Shown: one piece after another, positions 7,137-14,739 of the stretch
How the letters are laid out: each line of letters starts with the position of its first letter
How positions within the stretch are numbered: the first letter of the stretch is position 1
Source: a virus
Reading direction: 5' to 3' (one strand)
IMG/VR virus record: IMGVR_UViG_3300045988_143098
DNA: 59,008 nucleotides
The notes under the pieces: generated by a model
The model's database searches: none
Seen by the model: the letters and a program-made list of their open reading frames with translations, nothing else
Told to the model about the DNA's origin: nothing
Program-made: the position numbers and the translations under genes

Positions 7137-7392
7137 ATGTTAATTAAACAACTCATTGACCAGTCTGCTGCGGCTGCTAAGGAGCACTCGGAGATGTTCT
7201 TTCATGGGCGTTACACCAAATTCATAATGCTTTCGACTATTGCTGCTATCGGGCCCGGAACCCTGCTGCAAGTTGGTATCTTGAAAGTTCTTCAGATGGT
7301 TGACAGCTTGAGAGGGTGATCCGGAGAACTTAACAGTTTTGAGACTGGTTAGAATTGAAAATTCGTTGACTTCCGACTCAATTGATGAGTAA
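7137..7392 (+). pseudogene. small membrane protein of the cassette family, reading frame broken at 7317 (60 aa as written; +1 frame continues to 7392)
   Basis: TGA at 7317-7319. The +1 frame stays open to TAA 7390-7392, which sits in the same TAAACCCACG context as the stop of the 3615 gene, just before the conserved terminator. Confidence 0.5.
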
Positions 7393-7400
7393 ACCCACGG

Positions 7401-7434
7401 GGGAGGATGCTGATAACAAGGCATCTTCCCTTTT
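7401..7434 (+). terminator. intrinsic terminator, conserved cassette type
   Basis: GGGAGGATGC-TGATAACAAG-GCATCTTCCC then TTTT. Confidence 0.85.
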
Positions 7435-7463
7435 GTATTATTTAGAAGAAGAGGTGCCGTGCT

Positions 7464-7790
7464 TTGGAAAAGTATCAAACAAACCATATTTCAAATGATT
7501 TACATTGTCTTTGGAACGGCAACGTTAGAACCATTCTTAAACTACTTAGGATTAGCCGCGCAGATTTTGCTCGAATGCTTGGGGTAAGCGATAATACGGT
7601 AGGTATGATGTTCTACAGATGCGGCCATACGTTAACGCATATGCAATTTCATGCTACGATGTGGGTTTTGTTCCTCTCCATAATGGAAGCGGAACAGGGG
7701 TGTCAGAAGCGTTTTGATGCTAACACAGCTTTAGCGAAAGAGCTCTGGAAAGAGATTCACTCTTTTTATATGGAGCATGGGCTGAATTAA
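7464..7790 (+). CDS. HTH DNA-binding protein (XRE/Cro-like)
   Basis: 108 aa, TTG start uncertain; ISRADFARMLGVSDNTVGMMF helix-turn-helix. Confidence 0.6.
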   Translation: MEKYQTNHISNDLHCLWNGNVRTILKLLRISRADFARMLGVSDNTVGMMFYRCGHTLTHMQFHATMWVLFLSIMEAEQGCQKRFDANTALAKELWKEIHSFYMEHGLN

Positions 7791-7813
7791 TCGAAAATTG
7801 CAGCTCTTATTAT
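7791..7813 (+). promoter_or_regulatory. Promoter-like motif copy G (TCGAAA-N11-TATTAT)
   Basis: TCGAAAATTGCAGCTCTTATTATGAAGGAGG starts right after stop codon 7788-7790. Confidence 0.55.
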
Positions 7814-7829
7814 GAAGGAGGTGATTAAA

Positions 7830-7979
7830 TTGAAGAAGTCCCCGTGGAAGATTCTCGGTGTTGTTCTTACTATTGCTGGCGCGGCAGTCGGGCTTGCAGG
7901 CTCGTTTGTCAGCGATAAGCAGCAGGAAGAAAGCATCCAGAAAGCTGTTCAGGATGAAATCAAGAAACTTAACGCCTAA
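7830..7979 (+). CDS. 49-aa single-TM peptide (TTG start; not in ORF track in this frame)
   Basis: GAAGGAGGTG SD 8 nt before TTG 7830; LKKSPWKILGVVLTIAGAAVGLAGSFVSDKQQEE... Confidence 0.55.
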   Translation: MKKSPWKILGVVLTIAGAAVGLAGSFVSDKQQEESIQKAVQDEIKKLNA

Positions 7980-8041
7980 TGAAACTGGAAGAGGTCAATA
8001 CAAGTCCTCTTCCTTTCTTGTCAATCTGAAAGGAGAATCAA
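7962..8041 (+). repeat. ~80-nt module-junction repeat, copy 1 (gene end + terminator + SD)
   Basis: About 93 percent identical by eye to 8938-9017. Confidence 0.85.
7987..8019 (+). terminator. intrinsic terminator
   Basis: GGAAGAGG-loop-CCTCTTCC then TTTCTT. Confidence 0.8.
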
Positions 8042-8042
8042 G

Positions 8043-8435
8043 TTGGCTAACGAAACGAAGGGACGCAGCAGCGTAATTAAAAAAATTGAGGGCGTTCGTT
8101 TTCCGTCCGACGATGTCGTCCTGCAATACGTCCTGTGCACGGACGGAAAGTGTGGGAAGGAGCTCTGGGTTGATATTGCGGCGTTTAAGCGTGGCGTCCG
8201 CAAATTCGGCTACGGCTCGTGCGCGTTAGAGGCCGAAAAAGTTAAGCTGAGTCCCAAGCAGGAAGCGCGGGTGTCAGCGTATTTGCAAGAGTACGCCCGT
8301 TTCCGGGCGGCCGTGAAGGAGTACAAGGAGGCTTTGCGCATTGCAGAAGACGCAAAACGCAAGCTGGAAGCAGAGTGTCCCACATTTTGTGCGGACTATC
8401 GCTATATGCCGCTCAGTTCCAATGCGGAAATTTAA
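8043..8435 (+). CDS. hypothetical protein (130 aa)
   Basis: TTG start 8 nt after GAAAGGAG; Cys-containing N-half, coiled-coil C-half. Confidence 0.65.
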   Translation: MANETKGRSSVIKKIEGVRFPSDDVVLQYVLCTDGKCGKELWVDIAAFKRGVRKFGYGSCALEAEKVKLSPKQEARVSAYLQEYARFRAAVKEYKEALRIAEDAKRKLEAECPTFCADYRYMPLSSNAEI

Positions 8436-8447
8436 GGAGGACAAGTA

Positions 8448-8948
8448 ATGAGCAAGTATGAACTGACCCCGCAGACGAAGGAATTCGCTGGCACAATTCT
8501 GCACCGAATCCGTGCACTGGTTGATATTCCGGAGCATGGTGTGAGGGCAGGCGACGTGGGCGGATGGATTCAGTGCGAGGAGAATCTATCTCAGAAAGGC
8601 TCCGCGTGGATCTCCGACGAGGCGTTGGTGTTCGGTAACGCGCGAGTATACGGCGATGCTGTCATACTCGAACACGCCTTTGTATATGGCTCAGCGGAGG
8701 TGTTCGGTAATGCTTCCGTGTATGGATATGCGGAAGTTTTTGGTCATGCTCGTGTGTTCGGTAATGCAAAAATTTCCTGCGGGGCACAGGTGTACGACGA
8801 GGCTTGTGTATTTGGTAATGCGGAGGCGGCCGATTATGCAAATGTGTACGATAACGCACTTGTGTTTGGTGATACACGGATAACCGGGTTTGCAGACGTG
8901 CACGGCAATGTCGTACTGGGTTATCAAGCCAAGCAAAAAGAAACTTAA
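8448..8948 (+). CDS. hexapeptide-repeat (left-handed beta-helix) protein, paralogue 1
   Basis: 166 aa; at least 12 consecutive [VI]xGxAx hexads (VFGNAS VYGYAE VFGHAR VFGNAK ...). N-terminal ILHRIRAL..AGDVGGWIQCEENLS shared with the next gene. Confidence 0.8.
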   Translation: MSKYELTPQTKEFAGTILHRIRALVDIPEHGVRAGDVGGWIQCEENLSQKGSAWISDEALVFGNARVYGDAVILEHAFVYGSAEVFGNASVYGYAEVFGHARVFGNAKISCGAQVYDEACVFGNAEAADYANVYDNALVFGDTRITGFADVHGNVVLGYQAKQKET

Positions 8949-9017
8949 CGCCTAATGAAACTGGAAGAGGTCAATGCAAGGCCTCTTCCTTTCTTTTTCA
9001 ATCTGAAAGGGGAATCA
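8938..9017 (+). repeat. ~80-nt module-junction repeat, copy 2
   Basis: Matches 7962-8041; the upstream ORF stops in a different frame within it. Confidence 0.85.
8963..8998 (+). terminator. intrinsic terminator
   Basis: GGAAGAGG-loop-CCTCTTCC then TTTCTTTTT. Confidence 0.8.
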
Positions 9018-9019
9018 GA

Positions 9020-9847
9020 ATGAGTCAGAAGTATGAGATGACTGACGAAACAAAACTCGTAGAAGGTCGGATTCTGCATCGCATCAAAGCGTTGAGAGAC
9101 TTTGATGGAGGCTTTATAAAAGTTAAAGCTGGTGAACTCGGCGGATGGGTTCAGTGCGAGGAGAATCTTTCCCACGAAGGAACTGCATGGGTTTACGACG
9201 ATGCTTGCGTGATGGATTCGGGCAAAATTGTCAATTCAGCAAAGGTGTATGGCACTGCTACTGTGCGAGATAAAGCAGTAGTCGCGGGTACTGCCATAGT
9301 CTGTGAACATGCTCTCGTCCGTGACTCAGCTGTTGTCTTTGGGCACGCTCTTGTCCGCGGAAATGCCATTGTGGGCGGAACTTCTGGGATTTTCGGGAAC
9401 GCCCATGTCGACGGACATGCATATGTTCGCGGAGATGCCAAAATCTATGAAGATGCCGTTGTTACTGGCGACACAACGGTCATAACTGGCAGAGCTGCCG
9501 TAGGCGGTGCTACCCACATTGACGGTGGCATGGTTACCAAGAATATTTATATTTGCGGGGCTCCGGTACTTGTCGGCTCACAAATCTGCATTTTCGAGAA
9601 TGAGCATTATCTTGTTGTCGGCGGACACGCTCGTCTGGATATGTGCTTAACATTCGCCAGAACAAACGACTGTCGAATTCGATTGATTTCCAGTAATTAC
9701 ACAGGTGACATTGAAGATTACAAAATGTCGTTGGTAAACGCAGAACCGGCAGAAGTACGGCGCATCGACAATTATTATAAAAGTGCTATTGAGCTCGCCA
9801 AGAATTATATCACTGACACGATTTATATGAAGGAGGATGGAAAATGA
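9020..9847 (+). CDS. hexapeptide-repeat (left-handed beta-helix) protein, paralogue 2, with extra C-terminal domain
   Basis: 275 aa; ILHRIKAL..AGELGGWVQCEENLS then VYGTAT VRDKAV VAGTAI ... repeats. Confidence 0.8.
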   Translation: MSQKYEMTDETKLVEGRILHRIKALRDFDGGFIKVKAGELGGWVQCEENLSHEGTAWVYDDACVMDSGKIVNSAKVYGTATVRDKAVVAGTAIVCEHALVRDSAVVFGHALVRGNAIVGGTSGIFGNAHVDGHAYVRGDAKIYEDAVVTGDTTVITGRAAVGGATHIDGGMVTKNIYICGAPVLVGSQICIFENEHYLVVGGHARLDMCLTFARTNDCRIRLISSNYTGDIEDYKMSLVNAEPAEVRRIDNYYKSAIELAKNYITDTIYMKEDGK

Positions 9848-9921
9848 TATTTATCATCTGGGGAATCGTGACCGTGCTTCCCTTTGTGATTGAAATCATC
9901 CGAGAGAAGTTCCGAGTATGA
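9844..9921 (+). CDS. 25-aa hydrophobic micro-ORF coupled by ATGA overlaps on both sides
   Basis: MIFIIWGIVTVLPFVIEIIREKFRV; the start overlaps the stop of 9020..9847 and the stop overlaps the start of 9918..10223. Confidence 0.4.
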   Translation: MIFIIWGIVTVLPFVIEIIREKFRV

Positions 9922-10223
9922 ATCGGGATGAAGTTGTCACCATACTGAAGTATCAAAAGCATAGATATTTCCCTGCCCCACTTCCCCACTGGTCTCTTGA
10001 TGAAACAGAGAGACGGTTCTTCGTGAGAATTTCTATTGATATTTTGATTGAGCGACTTTCCGATGACGAAGACTGGATTAACTACAAAATCGTCATCAAT
10101 GACTTCATCAACGAGATTGACGATATGGCAAGCTCAAAAACTCAAAATTGGCGTGCATACGCGGAAACGCGAGACGCACTCAATGATATTCTATTAGATT
10201 TAGAAAGGATGGAATTGCAATGA
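9918..10223 (+). CDS. hypothetical protein (101 aa)
   Basis: Track ORF, translationally coupled to neighbours. Confidence 0.7.
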   Translation: MNRDEVVTILKYQKHRYFPAPLPHWSLDETERRFFVRISIDILIERLSDDEDWINYKIVINDFINEIDDMASSKTQNWRAYAETRDALNDILLDLERMELQ

Positions 10224-10987
10224 AAAACGAACTGATTACGGCAACGAAGAACGTCGCCTCTGCTTTGGCGCGTCACAAGCCTCGAATCCTCCTATGGGCG
10301 GGTGTCGGCGGCTTGTTGTCTGCAGGCATTTGGGGCGTGACCGCTACTCCTGCCGCTCAGAAAGCCATTGCAAATAAGAAAAAGGAGGTTAAGCACGAAA
10401 AGCTCACTCCGGTTGAAACCATTGATGCCGTCTGGAAATGCTACGCAGGTCCCGTTGCTCTGAGTATGATTTCCGTCGCGGGAATTGCTATGGGTGACCG
10501 AGCATTAGACAAACAGCAGAAGGCTTTGATGGCGGCGTATTCTATAAGTGAAGCGGCTTTGAGCACCTATCAGGCGAAGACCCTTGAGGTCGTGGGCGAA
10601 GAAAAGGAACAAGATATTCGCGATGCCGTAGTTCACGCTAAGGGAGAGGACGCTAAGAAGCTCCTTCAGAACGAGCAGATTGTTTACACAGGTAAAGGCG
10701 ATACGCTCTGCTATGATGCAGTGACCGGGCGCTTGTTTATGTCAAGTGTTGATGTCATTCGGCAGGCCGTCCACAAGATTAACGACAGACTGTACGGCGA
10801 CATGTGCGTCAGTCTGAATGATTTCTATGACGAAATCAATTTGGGACGGGTTGAAGTTGGCGATATGCTTGGATGGAATATCGACAAGGGTTTCATTCAG
10901 ATGGATTTGGGCAGTCATCTGGTTGACGACAAACCTGTAGTCACGATTGACTACAAGGTGTATCCGAATTACGACCATTTCGCATAA
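10220..10987 (+). CDS. 2-TM hairpin membrane protein, paralogue family member 2
   Basis: ILLWAGVGGLLSAGIWGV and GPVALSMISVAGIAMG helices; KALMAAYS motif; C-terminal SLNDFYDEINLG...GW. Confidence 0.85.
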   Translation: MKNELITATKNVASALARHKPRILLWAGVGGLLSAGIWGVTATPAAQKAIANKKKEVKHEKLTPVETIDAVWKCYAGPVALSMISVAGIAMGDRALDKQQKALMAAYSISEAALSTYQAKTLEVVGEEKEQDIRDAVVHAKGEDAKKLLQNEQIVYTGKGDTLCYDAVTGRLFMSSVDVIRQAVHKINDRLYGDMCVSLNDFYDEINLGRVEVGDMLGWNIDKGFIQMDLGSHLVDDKPVVTIDYKVYPNYDHFA

Positions 10988-11009
10988 AATGAAAGGCGGT
11001 GCTGTAGAC

Positions 11010-11543
11010 ATGCCCGATAATAAAAAAGTCACTGTTCAGAACGAAGTAAAAATCGAGCAGAAGGGCGTTAAAAACGAAATTCTGTTCTCGATTAAAGAAC
11101 TGATTGTCCAGATTATCCAGAATACCATTGCCCCGGCTCTGCAAGATATGGGCTACAATGCATTCGACCAAGTCTCCCGGACGCTTTTTCATCAGGGAGT
11201 GAACCGGAATAACCGAAGCAGCAACGGCACCTATAACTACAGCAAAGCGTGGAACAACGCTCAGCAGGGAAATGCGGTGTTTGTCGGAGACAAGTTTTCA
11301 ATTGATAACATTGTCTTTCAAACACGCGGCGACGCAGAAAGTACACTGCGTGGTCTCCAAAACATTCTGAACTCTGATGGAGTTGTTCGAGTCTCTGCTC
11401 TGTATGAAATGATTGGCCAGTCTAACGTAAGCTACACCTGTAACTCATATGGATGGACGAATCTCAACGGAGTGCGTGTTATGCGTACTGTAAGCGGCGG
11501 GTGGATTATTCAGTTGCCTGACCCGATGCCGCTGAAGTATTGA
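11010..11543 (+). CDS. hypothetical protein (177 aa)
   Basis: ATG 11010 after GAAAGG; in frame within track ORF 10947..11543. Confidence 0.7.
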   Translation: MPDNKKVTVQNEVKIEQKGVKNEILFSIKELIVQIIQNTIAPALQDMGYNAFDQVSRTLFHQGVNRNNRSSNGTYNYSKAWNNAQQGNAVFVGDKFSIDNIVFQTRGDAESTLRGLQNILNSDGVVRVSALYEMIGQSNVSYTCNSYGWTNLNGVRVMRTVSGGWIIQLPDPMPLKY

Positions 11544-11565
11544 ACGAAAGGAGGATTATCGTATC

Positions 11566-11814
11566 GTGGAGCCAAGAGAAATGTTTAGCACTGACGTTTC
11601 CAACGATGAAGTAAATCATCCGAAGCATTACCAAAGTGGAGGTCTTGAGACCATTGACGTTATTAGTGCCTTCACTCAAGACTGCACTCCAATTGAGGCT
11701 TTCTGCATCGGGAATGCTCTTAAGTACCTTTGCCGTTGGAAAAAGAAGAACGGTATCGAGGACTTGAAGAAGGCACAATGGTACATCAATTATCTCATCG
11801 AATCTAAGAGGTGA
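11566..11814 (+). CDS. DUF3310-like phage protein
   Basis: HPKHYQSGGLETIDVI...GNALKYLCRWKKKNGIEDLKKAQWYINYL matches the HPxHY...GNxxKYxxR...DLxKAxxY pattern (memory). Confidence 0.7.
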   Translation: MEPREMFSTDVSNDEVNHPKHYQSGGLETIDVISAFTQDCTPIEAFCIGNALKYLCRWKKKNGIEDLKKAQWYINYLIESKR

Positions 11815-11818
11815 TAAA

Positions 11819-12451
11819 ATGAATATCCTTCCGAAAATCCGCACAATCTCTACTTTTTATCAATATGTTCGGAAATTAGAGAGAACCGGGCTTGATAAGT
11901 TATCAATTGCAGAAATTTGCGGATGCAAAGATCCCGCCATCGGCATTCAACTTTTGTATGATATGTCTTTAGCCGCTGTCGACGTAATTAAGGCGTTTGA
12001 CGACGAGGGAATACACGAATTGAAGCCGGACATGTTTTATCATTTTCTTGCGATGGAAGATTTTAAGTATAGTCCGGAAGTGTTACAAAAAGCACTCGAT
12101 TATGCCGAAAACTGTACAGAGCGGATTAAAACTTACATTGTTAATCAGGAGGGTCACGATGAAACTTTCAGATACAATGCAATTTTCATCAAGGAAAATG
12201 ATGGTCGCTACTCTGCCCTTTTCCCTGATTTCGACTGTGCAACGTGCGGTGACAGTCTTTCTCACGCGAACAGAATGGCTCAAGAGTGTTTGACACTCCA
12301 AATACGCACAATGCAGGATGAACAGCACACGCTTCCTGAGCCCTCTGAGCAGACTCCTGAACTGCTTAAAAAGACTTGTCTGGGCGTCGACGCTGACCCA
12401 GACTCCGCCTTTTGGGGTTCGATTGTAGTGAATGTTAAAAAATCCTTTTGA
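11819..12451 (+). CDS. two-domain protein: N-terminal domain paralogous to next gene + C-terminal HicB-like antitoxin fold
   Basis: C-half FRYNAIFIKENDGRYSALFPDFDCATCGDSLSHANRMAQECLTLQI...HTLPEPSE fits the HicB/UPF0150 pattern; no HicA-like gene nearby. Confidence 0.7.
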   Translation: MNILPKIRTISTFYQYVRKLERTGLDKLSIAEICGCKDPAIGIQLLYDMSLAAVDVIKAFDDEGIHELKPDMFYHFLAMEDFKYSPEVLQKALDYAENCTERIKTYIVNQEGHDETFRYNAIFIKENDGRYSALFPDFDCATCGDSLSHANRMAQECLTLQIRTMQDEQHTLPEPSEQTPELLKKTCLGVDADPDSAFWGSIVVNVKKSF

Positions 12452-12464
12452 GAGGAGCTCCAGT

Positions 12465-12920
12465 ATGGATATGCTTCAGAAAATTTACACGGTCTCTACC
12501 TTTTGTCAATATGCTCGGAGATTAGAGAGAATAGGACTCGACGAGGCATCAATCGCAGAAATTTGTGGATGTGAAGACCATATTGTTTTAGCAAGCCTCT
12601 GGGAGCTGTCCTTGGGAATCAAAGAGATGTTTCTTTCTAAGTTATCTAATGCGTTATATATGGCCGGGAAATCGGAGGATGACATCACCTATGATTTGAA
12701 ATTGTGCCGGTCAACCGTCCATATGTTTCTTCATCAGGATACACGTCATACTTGTGAGGTTGTTGAGGCGTTTTACCAATACGGTAGACGGATACACAAA
12801 TTTGATACATTTTATCACGATACGAAAAAGTTTGGTGATGTGCTTGACGAAGCTGTGAACTCTACAAAGCGTATCAAGGAATACGTTGTCAAAGAGGGAT
12901 TGGAGGGAGATTTGCAATGA
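12465..12920 (+). CDS. hypothetical protein, paralogue of N-domain of 11819..12451
   Basis: IYTVSTFCQYARRLERIGLDEASIAEICGCED vs IRTISTFYQYVRKLERTGLDKLSIAEICGCKD. Confidence 0.7.
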   Translation: MDMLQKIYTVSTFCQYARRLERIGLDEASIAEICGCEDHIVLASLWELSLGIKEMFLSKLSNALYMAGKSEDDITYDLKLCRSTVHMFLHQDTRHTCEVVEAFYQYGRRIHKFDTFYHDTKKFGDVLDEAVNSTKRIKEYVVKEGLEGDLQ

Positions 12921-13138
12921 AACTTAAAGATTTGTTTTCCGTCCTCACAGGTAACGAATTGATTGACGTATCCATTGAAGATGAACCGCGTTACCGCTTC
13001 GATTTTTGGTGCCACTGCTGGAAGAGGATATTGAATCCGGAACTTCTTGACTATGAGGTCACCGAAATACACACATCCCTTCGTAATGATAATCCAATGC
13101 TTGTTGTATGGATTAAAGCTCAGAACAGCGATAATTAA
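12917..13138 (+). CDS. hypothetical protein (73 aa)
   Basis: ATGA-coupled start; GGAGGGAG SD. Confidence 0.65.
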   Translation: MKLKDLFSVLTGNELIDVSIEDEPRYRFDFWCHCWKRILNPELLDYEVTEIHTSLRNDNPMLVVWIKAQNSDN

Positions 13139-13154
13139 AAAGGAGGATATTTCT

Positions 13155-14081
13155 ATGAACGCTATTACTAAAATGTGCAACAATGTTATCTTCGCTATGA
13201 AGCGAAACGCCCCCGCCATCCTTCTCTGGGTGGGTATCGGAACCGGTGCTGCTTGTGTCGGCAAGGCTTGCTACGACACAGCAAAGAAGACTGTCCCTCT
13301 CCTTACCAAGGCTAAGAATGATATTTCCGAAGTCAAGGCTTCTGTCACCGAGGAGACCCTTGCTGACGCGAAGAAAAAGCAGATGGATATTTGTCTTCGC
13401 ACAGCTGGGAAACTTGGTCTGATTTACATGCCCTCTGCCGCTCTCGGTCTGGTTTCCGTTGCCAGTCTGATTACTTCTCATAACATCGCTCATAAGCGTA
13501 TTCTTGGTCTCTCAGCGGCGTATGCGGCACTGGACAGCACTTTCAATACTTATCGCAATGGGGTGATTGATAAGTATGGCGAGACTGAGGATTACGAGCT
13601 TTTCAACGGTATCAAGACCGAGACCATCGAAAAAGATGTAACGGATGATGAAGACAACACCTATACCGTTACTGAAGAGAAGAAGGTAGTCACGGTCAAC
13701 CCAGAAACAAACATCTATACCCGTTTCTTCGACCGTGGAAATCCCGATTGGGACGATGACCCTGATATTCGGCGGCTGTTTCTGGAAGCAAAGGAACGCA
13801 CAGCTAACATGATGCTCGAAAATCGCGGTTATCTTCTGTTAAACGACGTCTACAAACTTCTCGGATACCCAGCAACCCGCGCTGGATATTCTGTTGGCTG
13901 GCTTCGCAATGACGACGAGAACCCGAATCATCATGGCTATGTCAGCTTTGGATGGAAAGATATTTCTGACAGTTATTCCCGCGCACTTTTGAATGGCTAT
14001 GAGGAATGTGTCATCTTGAACTTCAACGTTGAAGGCCCGATTCTCGACAAGGCTGTCAAGTATCGACTTCTCGGTGCTTGA
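13155..14081 (+). CDS. 2-TM hairpin membrane protein, paralogue family member 3
   Basis: ATG 13155 after AGGAGG; APAILLWVGIGTGAACVG and LIYMPSAALGLVSVASLI helices; LSAAYA motif; LLNDVYKLLGYP...GW. Confidence 0.85.
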   Translation: MNAITKMCNNVIFAMKRNAPAILLWVGIGTGAACVGKACYDTAKKTVPLLTKAKNDISEVKASVTEETLADAKKKQMDICLRTAGKLGLIYMPSAALGLVSVASLITSHNIAHKRILGLSAAYAALDSTFNTYRNGVIDKYGETEDYELFNGIKTETIEKDVTDDEDNTYTVTEEKKVVTVNPETNIYTRFFDRGNPDWDDDPDIRRLFLEAKERTANMMLENRGYLLLNDVYKLLGYPATRAGYSVGWLRNDDENPNHHGYVSFGWKDISDSYSRALLNGYEECVILNFNVEGPILDKAVKYRLLGA

Positions 14082-14105
14082 TATTTTCCATATTTTCCAT
14101 CAAAG

Positions 14106-14128
14106 TCGAAAAAAACAAACCGTATTAT
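14106..14128 (+). promoter_or_regulatory. Promoter-like motif copy H (TCGAAA-N11-TATTAT) plus hairpin 14131-14142
   Basis: AGTCGAAAAAAACAAACCGTATTATGAAGGGGAAACCCTATCAATAAATTTTAGGAGG. Confidence 0.6.
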
Positions 14129-14169
14129 GAAGGGGAAACCCTATCAATAAATTTTAGGAGGATTCTACA

Positions 14170-14469
14170 ATGGAAAACAATGAAATCATTGAACAGACTG
14201 CTGAGGTTGCTACGACTGTTGCCGAACAGGTTACGAAGCCCGGTTTCCTTAAGGAGACTGCTGAGGCGGTTAGGTCTTGGATTCCCTGCGGTGCTGGCGT
14301 ATGTCTTGGCGCGGCTACTGTCTTGGGAACGGGCGTGCTCGTGTGTAAGGCCGTCGCGAATTTGGTACCCAAGCTCCGTGACTGCAAGGCGAAGAAGGAG
14401 AAGCTGAAGAAGTCTAAGAACAATGACGACAACGTTGACGTTGGCGAAATGCCCGAAACGATTGATTGA
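14170..14469 (+). CDS. small single-TM membrane protein, cassette family member
   Basis: 99 aa; WIPCGAGVCLGAATVLGTGVLV helix; same promoter/UTR and terminator modules as the 3615 gene. Confidence 0.75.
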   Translation: MENNEIIEQTAEVATTVAEQVTKPGFLKETAEAVRSWIPCGAGVCLGAATVLGTGVLVCKAVANLVPKLRDCKAKKEKLKKSKNNDDNVDVGEMPETID

Positions 14470-14481
14470 GTAAACCCATAA

Positions 14482-14517
14482 GGGAAGATGCTGATAACAA
14501 GGCATCTTCCCTTTTTC
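14482..14517 (+). terminator. intrinsic terminator, conserved cassette type
   Basis: GGGAAGATGC-TGATAACAAG-GCATCTTCCC then TTTTT. Confidence 0.9.
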
Positions 14518-14538
14518 TTTTTGAAAGGAGAAACAAAT

Positions 14539-14739
14539 ATGTTGTCTGGAGAACGGGAACGATTCACATACGAAGTTGGTCACTTATTAAGTGCATATGA
14601 AGATTCTATATATGATAAAACATATTATAAAACAACGTGTTGGATTGATAAATTCTTCTACAATATAATTAAGCTCTTCTACAAGCTCTTCTACAATATG
14701 ATTGCAGCCCGCGATTATTTTAAGGAGCACGCAAAATGA
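14539..14739 (+). CDS. hypothetical protein (66 aa)
   Basis: ATG 14539 after GAAAGGAGA; contains short tandem CTCTTCTACAA nucleotide repeats (KFFYNIIKLFYKLFYNMI). Confidence 0.55.
   Translation: MLSGERERFTYEVGHLLSAYEDSIYDKTYYKTTCWIDKFFYNIIKLFYKLFYNMIAARDYFKEHAK

Noticed and set aside
8656-9517. Multiple overlapping ORFs in other frames and strands inside the beta-helix genes (8656, 8662, 8691, 9193, 9303, 9326)
   Set aside because: They are an artefact of the 18-nt periodic hexapeptide-repeat DNA, which stays open in several frames.
3553-14517. Regularly recurring conserved blocks (promoter/UTR and terminator modules) that look superficially like a repeat-spacer array
   Set aside because: This is not CRISPR. 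The repeats are of two different kinds, the spacing is irregular (0.3-7 kb), the intervening segments are SD-preceded ORFs, and no cas genes are present.
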